This document shows positions 49,995 to 58,925 of a stretch of DNA of 64,000 bases, piece by piece; within the stretch, counting starts at the first letter, position 1, and every line of letters begins with the position of its first letter. This DNA is from Candidatus Bathyarchaeota archaeon. Lineage in GTDB: Archaea > Thermoproteota > Bathyarchaeia > TCS64. The notes under the pieces were generated by a model, which was not told where the DNA came from, made no database searches, and saw only the letters and a program-made list of their open reading frames with translations. The position numbers and the translations under genes were made by a program. Where the stretch lies: assembly GCA_963771885.1 (NCBI GenBank), contig CAVYVF010000023.1:544001-608000 (forward strand), in the 5' to 3' direction.

Positions 49995-50387
49995 TTAGTG
50001 GAGGCGTTCGGCGTGATTGTCGAGTTTGCCCTCAATGTATGCCTTGACGGCCTCGTCCGCGGACTCCACATCAGTTATGTATGGTTTGATGCCCGCCCTC
50101 TCGATCGCGTCATGTGCCCCCCAACCCATGCCGCGGGCAATCAGCACCTGGCAGTCGGCTATATTCGCCAGCATACTGTTGTGTGTCGCCGCGTCGCCGT
50201 GGTGGTGGCCGTGTGGCTCCGCCCCGTGTTCCTGGTGGGCTGCGCCTTCGACGTGGTGGCCTGCCTTGGGCCTCTGCTCCGAGCCCACGATAGCACCATC
50301 CTTGATCTCATAGACCTTGTAGAACCTGGCTCTCCCAAAGTGTTGGGAGATAGTCTTAGCATCATCCGTTACGACTGCTACCTTCAT
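49995..50387 (-). CDS. NifB/NifX (dinitrogenase FeMo-cofactor) family protein with His-rich loop
   Basis: ISQHFGRA, HGHHHG, VLIARGMG.GA. Confidence 0.88.
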   Translation of the reverse strand: MKVAVVTDDAKTISQHFGRARFYKVYEIKDGAIVGSEQRPKAGHHVEGAAHQEHGAEPHGHHHGDAATHNSMLANIADCQVLIARGMGWGAHDAIERAGIKPYITDVESADEAVKAYIEGKLDNHAERLH

Positions 50388-50923
50388 TGTTTTTCACCTT
50401 TATCGAATATTACGGCCGCCATGTGCTTCTTTGCGTCGGCGAGTATCTCCTGAATCTTTTTCATCTTCTCGTCGTCGACGGCGTCGCTCATGAGGGCCAT
50501 AGCCTGCATATCCCGCAGCTCCTTCATGAATCCGAATCTGCCGACTGCGTCGGCGTGCTCCTTACCTGCCGTTAGCCTCGCGACTACCTCGTTGTTCTCG
50601 TCGAGGTGCTTCTTTCCATCGGGGGTGAGCGTGTAGACCTTTTTGCCCTCCTTTTCCTCAGAGGAGACTAGGCCCATGTCGCTGAGCTCCTGTAGCGTAG
50701 GGTAGACTATGCCGGCGCTTACGGGGCGCAGGTAGGTCTTGCCTATCTCTTGTATGAGGGCGTATCCGTGCATCGGCTTCTCACCGAGAGCCATGAGTAC
50801 GAGGAACCTGAAGTCTCCTCTCCTCACGCCAAACGGTGGGTGCCTCGGGGGCCAGCCCTCGTGTGAATGGCGTCCGCCAGCGCAGCAGTGGTGCCCCTTT
50901 CTTTCACTACAACCTTCTTGCAT
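50384..50923 (-). CDS. PadR family transcriptional regulator with His/Cys-rich N-terminus
   Basis: RRGDFRFLVL, PMHGYALI, SAGIVYPTLQEL, KKVYTLT..G. Confidence 0.92.
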   Translation of the reverse strand: MQEGCSERKGHHCCAGGRHSHEGWPPRHPPFGVRRGDFRFLVLMALGEKPMHGYALIQEIGKTYLRPVSAGIVYPTLQELSDMGLVSSEEKEGKKVYTLTPDGKKHLDENNEVVARLTAGKEHADAVGRFGFMKELRDMQAMALMSDAVDDEKMKKIQEILADAKKHMAAVIFDKGEKQ

Positions 50924-50924
50924 G

Positions 50925-50943
50925 TATATCGGAAGATATATCT
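50925..50943. promoter_or_regulatory. Putative PadR operator
   Basis: Perfect palindrome AGATATATCT (50934-50943) overlapping TATATC-N4-GATATA immediately upstream of the padR ATG. Confidence 0.5.
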
Positions 50944-50992
50944 ATAGACATACTAATATGCCTTCAGTCAGGAAAAAGGCAGTTAAAAAAAC

Positions 50993-51853
50993 CTACCGGA
51001 AAATGTATAGCTCTTCATCGTAGCGCCTGTCGATGATCTGCCCCGGTGGCAGTTTCTCAAGCTTCCTCGCGGCGAGGTGCTCGCGGAGGCGCCTGTTAAC
51101 TTCCTCGATGCTGAGGTCGCCTCTGAGCCATGAGATAGGGACGTTGACATTCATCGGCCTCGCGGGGATTATGTGTCGCGTCGTCTTCTGGGCGAAGACC
51201 CTTCCGGCGAGGGCTGTCTCCACGACTTCCCTCTTAGTCGCTGTTGGCGTCATGAGGCCGGCGGCGTACTCCCCAGAATCGACGTGTATCCGCGCCTCCT
51301 TGTCGGTGCTGTAGCTCATCTGGTGGCCCAACTGGAGTATCTTCTCTATCTTCTTGACTGCGTCGTAGCGCGCCTTGATGTCGGGGGCGTCGCCGAGGGC
51401 CGCGAGGCACCAGCGCGCCGAGAAGAGCGCCGTCACCGCCTTGCGCTCCTCGACCAAGCGGTGTGCCTCATCGTAGCTGCTTTTCACCGGCCTGAGGCCT
51501 ACCTCTGTGATTGCGTCTACTGCCTCCTCCTCGCTGAGTTTATCGAACATCCTGTACCAGCCCCCGAGCAGAACATGGGGGTTGGAGTAGTCGACAAGGC
51601 AGAGGGGGATGTAGCGGAACCCTATCTCCTTCGCCGCTGCGACGCGGTGCATACCATCAAGGACGACGAGGCTCGCTGAGTCGACTATTATAGGGTGTAT
51701 GAAGACTCCGTCTCCCGGCATCTTTGCCACGAGCTCCATCATCTTGACTGATATGATCTCCTCGTGTATGTGGAGGTTTGACAGCTCCTCGAGGGCGATC
51801 TCCAGCTTCATCTGGGGCGTCTTGAGCGTGTATCCGAGGCCTCGACTCCCCAA
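50993..51853 (-). CDS. ParB/Srx-domain protein, SerK/SbnI-like (possible free L-serine kinase)
   Basis: HEE, PIIVD, LDGMHR, VDY, C-terminal K.EVV...G.VF..KTTRH. Confidence 0.7.
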   Translation of the reverse strand: MGSRGLGYTLKTPQMKLEIALEELSNLHIHEEIISVKMMELVAKMPGDGVFIHPIIVDSASLVVLDGMHRVAAAKEIGFRYIPLCLVDYSNPHVLLGGWYRMFDKLSEEEAVDAITEVGLRPVKSSYDEAHRLVEERKAVTALFSARWCLAALGDAPDIKARYDAVKKIEKILQLGHQMSYSTDKEARIHVDSGEYAAGLMTPTATKREVVETALAGRVFAQKTTRHIIPARPMNVNVPISWLRGDLSIEEVNRRLREHLAARKLEKLPPGQIIDRRYDEELYIFR

Positions 51854-52090
51854 GCCGCCTCACTCCTTGAAGAGGCCGGCTGCGCCAACTTGGCGTGCAT
51901 CGACGGTCTTCAAGCGTTGATTCCTCACAGAGAATCACGAGGCGCGGTGATAAGTATATTCCCCAACTCTTCGTGTAGGACTCCGTTTTTACCGGAGTTC
52001 GACATATCCTACGAGTTCGAGGAATGGCGTTATCCGTATCCTCTATAGAATAATAGTACGCCATCTAGGCACAATCGGTGAGGATGCCTA

Positions 52091-52441
52091 CTATTTAGTC
52101 TCCTCCTTGACCCTGAACTCGACTATCCGTTTGATGAGATTGTACGGGATAGGCTTGTTTAGGGGGAACCGTATTGAGCCTTTCCCCGACTCGTAGGGCT
52201 CCAACTCATTGGCGAAGGCTCCCGTCGCGGAGGGCGTCGGGTAGAGCCCGATATGCTCCTTGAAGGCGGCGAAGTGGACTAGGTTTCTTTTCATCTTGTA
52301 TGTGGGCATCCCGTAGGCGATCCTCTCCTCGGCGCCCGGCGCAGCCTTCCTCACGATGTCCCTGATCTTCTCGAGGATGACGCGTACCTCAGGCGGGTTT
52401 GAGGCGATGTACTCGTCGACTGTGTTGAACTTCCTCTCCAT
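52091..52441 (-). CDS. DUF1801/YdhG family protein
   Basis: VDEYI, IAYGMPTY, FAAFKEHIGLYP, KGSIRFP. Confidence 0.9.
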   Translation of the reverse strand: MERKFNTVDEYIASNPPEVRVILEKIRDIVRKAAPGAEERIAYGMPTYKMKRNLVHFAAFKEHIGLYPTPSATGAFANELEPYESGKGSIRFPLNKPIPYNLIKRIVEFRVKEETK

Positions 52442-52667
52442 GGTTCTCCAAGGCGAACTGGGTTTAATAAACCACTGACCACTGGTGAAAAACGGGTTTA
52501 AGAAAAAACCGATAAATGATCCATTCGGAAAAAGGCACTAGTTTATTTCCCTTATTACGATCTGATCTATGCAAAAAGGCATATACTCACTACAGAGGTT
52601 TGAACTCTCCTTTCTCTAGCACCGACGCGAACAGACAAATACAACACACGCGTCTGACTAGATCACC

Positions 52668-52997
52668 TTGACCGAGCCGAGCATGAGGGAGATGGCGGAG
52701 ATGCTCCGCAAAGGCGCAAAAATGCTCAGCATGAGCTGCCCGGAGTGCGGGACGCCACTCTTCCAGTTAAAGACTGGTGAGATATTCTGCCCCCATGAGA
52801 AGCGCGAGGTCAAGATAGTCAAGGAAGGGGAGACGCCGGAGACGCTAAGGCAGGAAGCCACGCTTGAGCATACCATACAATCGAAGCTCGTCCTACTTCA
52901 GACGAGGCTCGAGTCGGCGAATGAACCTGCTGAGATAAGGGAACTGGCGCAGACAATAAACGCCCTTCTAGACACTCTCAGCAGGCTGCGATCCTAG
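52668..52997 (+). CDS. UPF0148 / autoantigen p27 Zn-ribbon protein
   Basis: LRKGAKMLSMSCPECGTPLF...FCP. Confidence 0.88.
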   Translation: MTEPSMREMAEMLRKGAKMLSMSCPECGTPLFQLKTGEIFCPHEKREVKIVKEGETPETLRQEATLEHTIQSKLVLLQTRLESANEPAEIRELAQTINALLDTLSRLRS

Positions 52998-53596
52998 AGT
53001 TCCAGCCCCGTAAGTTCCTCGACGAGCCTTTGAACCTCAGCCTCAACCTCGTCCACGGGCTTGCTCGTGTCAACCACCTTCATCTCGCCCTCGCGCGCGA
53101 AGCCAAGGTAGAGATCCCGCACCCTACTCAGGTAGTCCCTGTTCTCGAAGACGGTTAGCGTCCTCCCCGAGACGCGCATTAGGCTCCGCCCTGGGTCAAC
53201 GTCGAGGAGGATGACGAGGTCGGGCTTCAATGCGAAGCGCTGCAGATCGCCCAGCCAGCCCACGTCCACACCTGCCGCGCCTTGGTAGGCGAGCGTCGAG
53301 TGGTAGTACCTGTCACAGACCACAGTGACGCCCTGATCGAGGGTCTGCGCAATCCGCCTGCTGTGCTCGAACCTGTCCGCCGTGAATAGGAGGGCCTCGG
53401 ATTCTGGCTGCAGATAGCGGTCACCCGCCTCCGCGTAGGCGCGTATGAATCGCCCTATGCCCCCGTCGCTCGGCTCCCTCTCGAGGACGTGATCCACCCC
53501 CTGGTCACGCAGCTTCATATCAAGAAGCTCTATCTGGGTGCTCTTGCCGCTTCCGTCGACGCCTTCGAAGACTATGAACCAGCCAGTGGGAGCCAT
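52994..53596 (-). CDS. tmk: Thymidylate kinase
   Basis: FEGVDGSGKSTQ, REP, LLFTADR, DRYYHSTLAYQ. Confidence 0.95.
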   Translation of the reverse strand: MAPTGWFIVFEGVDGSGKSTQIELLDMKLRDQGVDHVLEREPSDGGIGRFIRAYAEAGDRYLQPESEALLFTADRFEHSRRIAQTLDQGVTVVCDRYYHSTLAYQGAAGVDVGWLGDLQRFALKPDLVILLDVDPGRSLMRVSGRTLTVFENRDYLSRVRDLYLGFAREGEMKVVDTSKPVDEVEAEVQRLVEELTGLEL

Positions 53597-53633
53597 CACT
53601 GGGGTATGAGGTGCGTGGACCGTAAATGCGTTG

Positions 53634-54776
53634 CTAGACCTGGAACTGGTCACGCGAGTAGGTGGTCAGGAACTCCGCCTTCCCATTCCGGATCATTATC
53701 ATGTCCTCGACGCGCAGATAGTACTCCCCTTTACTCCAGAGCTTCGGTTCTAGGCAGAATACCATACCGTCAATCAGTGGCTGGGTGACGTCCGGCTTAA
53801 GCCACGGGTCCTCGTGTACCTCGACGCCTATCTGGTGCCCGACAACACCTGTTTTGAGCCTGTTCCTGAGAAAGTTGCCGTAACCCTGCTGGTCTAGCAC
53901 CTTCTCTATGAATGGGTAGAAGTCACAGAGGCGTATTATCGCTCCCCCAACAGCGTCCACCGCCTGCACGACGGCAAGCTGCAGAGCCTGGTATGCCTGC
54001 AGTATGTCCTGACGGGGCGTCCCGTAGTAAAAGCTCCTCCCCCAGTCACTGCAATAGCCGTCGACGACGAGCCCGAAGTCGAAGGCTATGCTCGTCCCCT
54101 TTGCGAGCCCCGCCTCCCTCGGATAGATGAAGGGATCCTCCGAGGGTATCGTCCCCGTTTTAAGGTAGCCACCAGTCGGGGGGAAGCTCGCGTCCGTGGC
54201 GCCGAGGCCTCGCCCCATCATCTCCATCATTATCTGGAGGTTCCTCTGCGTTAGTCCGTCAACTATCCGGGGCGATATGAGCGACATGACCGCCTCGGTG
54301 ACCTCAGCCGCCTTCTTCAGCTTTGCCACCTCCTCCGGCTCCTTGATCATCCTGAGCGAGTCGAGGAGCCCTTCGCCGACGCGAAACCGAGAACCCGCAC
54401 AGGACTTCGCCACCTCTAAGCTTGTGCTCCCCCAACAATAGTCGCCGATTGCGACGCGCCCTGGCTTGACGCCTAGGTCGGTTACGACCTTCTTAACCAT
54501 CTCACCGTAGGGTTGGGTCTTCTCGGCGACGCGGACGTCCTTTATCCACGTCCCCTGCGCACGCGTCACGTTCTCGGGGTTAATCGTGAGGACGGGCTCG
54601 CCGCTCCGGGGCACGAAAACGTTGTCCTGCGGGTTGAGGAGGTCCCTCCCCCTGCGCCACTCCAGGTTTACGCCTGTAAGGTACTGGAGGTCCGGGCTCC
54701 CCCCGTAGACTACTAGGTCGAGTCCCTGCTCCTCCATCTTCGCCTGGAGCCCTGTGAGCCTCCTCTTAAAATCCAT
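53634..54776 (-). CDS. M24 family Xaa-Pro peptidase
   Basis: RMIKEPEE, DFG...GYCSD, GHQIGVEVHE, LEP, RVED. Confidence 0.92.
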   Translation of the reverse strand: MDFKRRLTGLQAKMEEQGLDLVVYGGSPDLQYLTGVNLEWRRGRDLLNPQDNVFVPRSGEPVLTINPENVTRAQGTWIKDVRVAEKTQPYGEMVKKVVTDLGVKPGRVAIGDYCWGSTSLEVAKSCAGSRFRVGEGLLDSLRMIKEPEEVAKLKKAAEVTEAVMSLISPRIVDGLTQRNLQIMMEMMGRGLGATDASFPPTGGYLKTGTIPSEDPFIYPREAGLAKGTSIAFDFGLVVDGYCSDWGRSFYYGTPRQDILQAYQALQLAVVQAVDAVGGAIIRLCDFYPFIEKVLDQQGYGNFLRNRLKTGVVGHQIGVEVHEDPWLKPDVTQPLIDGMVFCLEPKLWSKGEYYLRVEDMIMIRNGKAEFLTTYSRDQFQV

Positions 54777-54817
54777 ATTGAACCTAGAGTGGCGTCAGGC
54801 GATAAATCGGTTGCCCC

Positions 54818-55217
54818 TTACCTGATCTCTACGAGCCCCTTGTCACCGTTGACGCGAAGCCTCATTCCCGTTTTCAGGGTCTTAATCGGATCCGCGTCGA
54901 GTTTATCCACCAATGGAATGCTAGCGATCACGCATCCGGTGGCTAGTATCGCCTCCGTCTCCACGTTGATTATCGCCGCTGGGGCGGTTCCCTGCTTTTT
55001 CATCCTGTAGATGACGTAACTTCCCACTGTGCTCCCCTTCCCGCTGGGGAAGACGAAGACCTTGCCCGTGACGCACTTGCCGCATAAGGCATGTCCGGGC
55101 TCGGTTATGATGCCCGTGTCAGGGTCGACTGCCCCCGTAGAAGCTGACGGGGTCGCTGCTGACGAGTGCCTCGCCCTCGGCGGTGCCGCCGACTACCTTG
55201 CGTCCCTTTAGGATCAC
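54818..55217 (-). CDS. acnX2: Aconitase X small subunit (DUF126; phosphomevalonate dehydratase small subunit); frameshifts near 55135 and 55035
   Basis: LKGR..VGG.AEGEALVS.DPVSFYG, DP.TGII, VFPSG, STVGSYVIY, APAAII. Confidence 0.85.
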
Positions 55218-56404
55218 TTCAAGGCCTCCTTCACAAGCTCTCGTGCTGTTCCAACTCTTGTCTTCAGTCCCATATTGGCGCTGTACTGTGCCCCCTTGAA
55301 GCTGTTGAGAGCTACCTCCTTCCACCCCATCTCCTTAAGTGGGGCGACAACCATGCAAGAGTCGACGAAGACCTTCCCGCCGGCGCCCTCGATCTGTCTC
55401 ACGTAGCCCTTCTTCTCCGCCTCCGCGTAGACGCCCCGGCTCGTGAAGACCATGAGGCGCTTAGCCAATTCCTTCCCCTTGCAGATACTGGCGACTTCGC
55501 CCACCTCATGCAGGCTGCAGTGGGGGCAGCCGATGCATGTGATCGGGTCCGCGACCTCGCATGTGAACTTCTCCCGCGCCTCCCTGAGGTCCTTCTCGGT
55601 GACTGTGACCTTCTCGACCTCTCTGAGGTGGGGCTTGACCTTCTCCGCCTCGGGCGTGACACCTTCGCCGTGCCAGAGTGCAACGCCTCCGCTGGTGGCG
55701 AGAGCAGCACCCAGCGTCTTCAGCGACTCAAGGCTGGGCTTACCGAGCCCCCTGAAGTATGGGACTGTCGTGCCGACCATCTTCCCCGTAACGTATCCCA
55801 AGGCGCTGTAGTCGAGCGGGTCGGATAGCTTCGCCTCGATCTCCACAAGCTTCCCAGGGCGCCTGTTCTCGTCGAGCCTGTACTCGTAGAGGGGGGTGAG
55901 CCCCGTGATGGCGCTTGCGATCGTGGTGGGTCCTGACTCCCTGTTCGTCCGCGCCCCGATGACGGAGTTCGAGTAGCAAATCGCCGAAGACTCTGCCCAA
56001 GCGATCTGGGCGCCGAAGCGGGGGACATGCCCGACGAGGTAGGGTGTACATGTACACGTGGGCTCTATCCCCAGTGCCTCGAAGGCACGTATAACGCGGG
56101 TCTGTCCATCGGCAAACTTCTCAGGGACGTTCATGTCTCGCCAACGATCCATATCCATGCCGGCGGGGTTGAGGGTAGCCCTCACCTTTACGCGGGCACC
56201 CATCTTCGCCTGATCCTCCAGCCACTCAAGCCCAGCGTCGCCAAGGTTCTTATAGCTAACACCCGAGACGTGTGCACCCTCCACGGGTACGAGCTTCTCA
56301 GCGCCGAAGACATCTCCTAGCGCCACGAGTAACTCAAGCGACTTCGCAACGCCTTCGCCGTACTCCCCGGCGAGCATACGCTCCTCCTCCCTCGACAGGT
56401 ACAA
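55214..56404 (-). CDS. acnX1: Aconitase X large subunit (DUF521; phosphomevalonate dehydratase large subunit)
   Basis: HVSGVSYKNLG, TLNP, CTCTPY, WAESSA, NSVIGARTNRE, GCPH, DSCMVV. Confidence 0.92.
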   Translation of the reverse strand: MYLSREEERMLAGEYGEGVAKSLELLVALGDVFGAEKLVPVEGAHVSGVSYKNLGDAGLEWLEDQAKMGARVKVRATLNPAGMDMDRWRDMNVPEKFADGQTRVIRAFEALGIEPTCTCTPYLVGHVPRFGAQIAWAESSAICYSNSVIGARTNRESGPTTIASAITGLTPLYEYRLDENRRPGKLVEIEAKLSDPLDYSALGYVTGKMVGTTVPYFRGLGKPSLESLKTLGAALATSGGVALWHGEGVTPEAEKVKPHLREVEKVTVTEKDLREAREKFTCEVADPITCIGCPHCSLHEVGEVASICKGKELAKRLMVFTSRGVYAEAEKKGYVRQIEGAGGKVFVDSCMVVAPLKEMGWKEVALNSFKGAQYSANMGLKTRVGTARELVKEALK

Positions 56405-56450
56405 GAGACTTCACAGGAAAAGGAAAACCGGGGCATAAAAGGTGTCCCGT

Positions 56451-57794
56451 CTACTCGTACTTTTCAAGTATCTTACTGACGCGTTCGCTGACGGTGAGCT
56501 GAGCCTTCATGAACTTCTCCTTCGGCTTACCGAGGGGGCGGGTCGCGTCGAATCCGACCTTGCAGCCCATCTCCGTCTGCTGGTCCGCTGTCGGGTCGAG
56601 GCTACTGACCCTGACACCGGGGACGATGAGGAGGTCCTCGTCACCCTTGAAACGGGTGGCGATCGCCCACTCGACCTCCTGCATGTTCGTAGGATCGATG
56701 TCACCGTCAACGACGACGGCGTGCTTCATGCTCGGGTGAGCCGCGAACATCGCCATGAGCACGTTCTTCGGGTCACCCTCACGCACCTTGTCGAAGGAGA
56801 CGACGCAGTGGAGCCACCCGTTGCCCCCGAGCGTCATGTTAACGCCCTTCACCGTGGGCACAACGTTCATGCAGTACTCCCAGATACGCACCTCCGGTGG
56901 CATACCCATCAGCAGCATGTGCTCGCTCCCTGCCGGGAGCAATCCTTGATAGAGGTAGTCCCTCCTGTGCATGACGCCTATGACCTCGATGACCGGTTGC
57001 TTCCTCTTCACGTCGAACGTGCCAGAGAGGTCAACGAATGGCCCCTCATCCACATCCTCATCCAGCCTGATCCTGCACTCAAGCACAAGCTCCGCGTCGG
57101 CTGGTGCAAGGGCATCAACGTTCGGACACCTGACCAGCTTCAGCTCCGCCGCCGAGGAGGTTGTTGGCGACGTCGTACTCGCAGACCCCCCAGCCGACAG
57201 GCATACTCGCCGCAAGCAACACGGCCGGGTGCAGCCCGATGGACACGCAGCAGTCAAGTGACTTCTTGCCCCGATTGACGAGCGAGCTGCGTCAGCCTGT
57301 GCAGGTGCCGGGGCACTATCCTAATCGTCATCCGTTTGGCGTCTATAACCATGAGCCTGTGAAAGCTCACGTTCTCCACCTTCCCGTCAGGGCTCTTCGC
57401 GTAGAGGATGCCTGAGGTTATGAATGGGCCCGGGTCGCCGTCGAAGTGGGTGAGAATCGGTATCTTCGTTAGGTCGCCTTCCTCGACGACCTCTAGAACG
57501 GGGCCTTTCTCCGCTACCTCACACTTCTTCGGGTTTTTTATCGCTTGCTGAAGGCGTGTGTAGAGGTCTTTCGCCTCGATCCCCAGCCCCTGCAGGATGC
57601 GCCCACGCGTCCCACAGACGCCACCGACTACCTTTGTATCGAAGCCCTTGGTCTTCTCGAACATTATCGCCTTGCCGGCGTCGAACCGCTGGAGCGCCGC
57701 AGCCATCTCCAGCCTTGGGCTCAGTGGCTCCTTGATCTTGATGATGTCTCCACTCTTCTCCAAGTTGTTTCAAGAATGCTCTAAGGTCGCTCAA
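56451..57794 (-). CDS. ubiD: UbiD family decarboxylase (anhydromevalonate-phosphate decarboxylase-like); about 3 frameshifts
   Basis: MSDLRAFL, DPGPFITSG, NVSFHRL, EGPFVD, SEH, VVVDGDID, EWAIATR, SSLDP, KVGFDAT spread over shifted frames. Confidence 0.88.
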
Positions 57795-58120
57795 CTCTTC
57801 TCCTCCATCACGCGCTTGGCGAGATCTATCAGGGTCTTGCCGATTGCCTCAGAGTAGCCCTGCGAGATGTGGGTCGAGACTAGGCTCAGTTTCCCCGTCT
57901 TCGCCGAGATGTGCGTCCCAAGCATCCTGCCCAGCATCTGGTCCCTGTCGCCGAGCAGCTGCGAGGAGGCCATCCCGGGGACTGTCGCCGTCGTAGAGCC
58001 AAGCCTCGGCTCCTCCCCCTCCCAGAAGAGGGCGATGACAGCGTTCTCGAGCTCAAGCACCCCGCAGTGGAGCACCTTTCCCTCCAGCTCCGCCTCCCCG
58101 ACCCTGAAAGCTAGGCTCAT
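57791..58120 (-). CDS. Small protein, PAC4/LpdD-like
   Basis: LGSTTATVP...SSQLLGD...ISAKTGK.SLVSTHI; stop overlaps ubiD start (TTGA). Confidence 0.6.
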   Translation of the reverse strand: MSLAFRVGEAELEGKVLHCGVLELENAVIALFWEGEEPRLGSTTATVPGMASSQLLGDRDQMLGRMLGTHISAKTGKLSLVSTHISQGYSEAIGKTLIDLAKRVMEEKS

Positions 58121-58188
58121 TACCCGAAACTACCCCCGGCATGAGTTAAGCCTATCCCACGGTATTCCCTACTTACAGATCAGACAAA

Positions 58189-58874
58189 ATGAGGCTCCTC
58201 GTACGTCTCCGACATACACAGCAACCTCGCCGCCCTCGAAGCGGTGCTCGAAGACGCGGGGCGCTGGGACGCCGCCATATCCGCCGGCGACGTCGTCGGC
58301 TACGGCCCAAACCCCGAGGAGTGCGTCGACAACTCTCATGTTCAAGGGCTTTAGGTGTGCCAGGGGGAACCACGACAACGCCGTTTTATGACGGAGACCG
58401 ACATGGTTCAATGACGATGCTCAGGACGCGATCAATATCAACAGGGGCCAGCTATCAACTAGGAGCATGAGGTGGCTCGGCTCGCAGCCCAAGGAGCTGC
58501 GGCTCAAACTCCAAGGGCTTGACATCGCAGTCTACCACGGCAGCCCGACCGAGCCCCTGACTAGCTACATATACCCACAGGACGCCAAGACGCGGGGCGA
58601 TAGCCTGCTGGCACATACGGGCGCCGACGTCATCATCCTCGGCCACACCCACATCCCTTACATAGTCGAGAGGAAGGGTAAATTCATCATAAATCCCGGT
58701 TCTGTTGGGCAACCAGGGACGGCGACGTCCGCGCAAGCTACATAATCCTCGAAACAGACCGCACTTACTGCTGAGCTGAGACGCAGTGAGTACAGCATAG
58801 ACGCTACCGCTGAGGCGATAGACGCCGTTGGGCTCCCTCACAGGTTCGCGACCCGCCTGTACAGGGGCATTTAA
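58189..58874 (+). CDS. Metallophosphoesterase (YfcE/MJ0936-like); about 3 frameshifts
   Basis: SDIHSNL, GDVVGYGP, GNHD, YHGSP, GHTHIP, NPGSVGQP across frames; ends RLYRGI*. Confidence 0.85.
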
Positions 58875-58925
58875 CCCGGCAATGTTACTTAAATAAAAGC
58901 GGAAACCCCTAATGGGTGACAAGCC

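Noticed and set aside
49995..50387. Nitrogen fixation inferred from the NifX-like gene plus DraG-like hydrolase
   Set aside because: No nifHDK or draT in the window; both families are widespread in non-diazotrophs
41890..52600. Integrated element at tRNA-Ser
   Set aside because: No integrase and no duplicated tRNA 3' end seen; downstream genes are ordinary host metabolism
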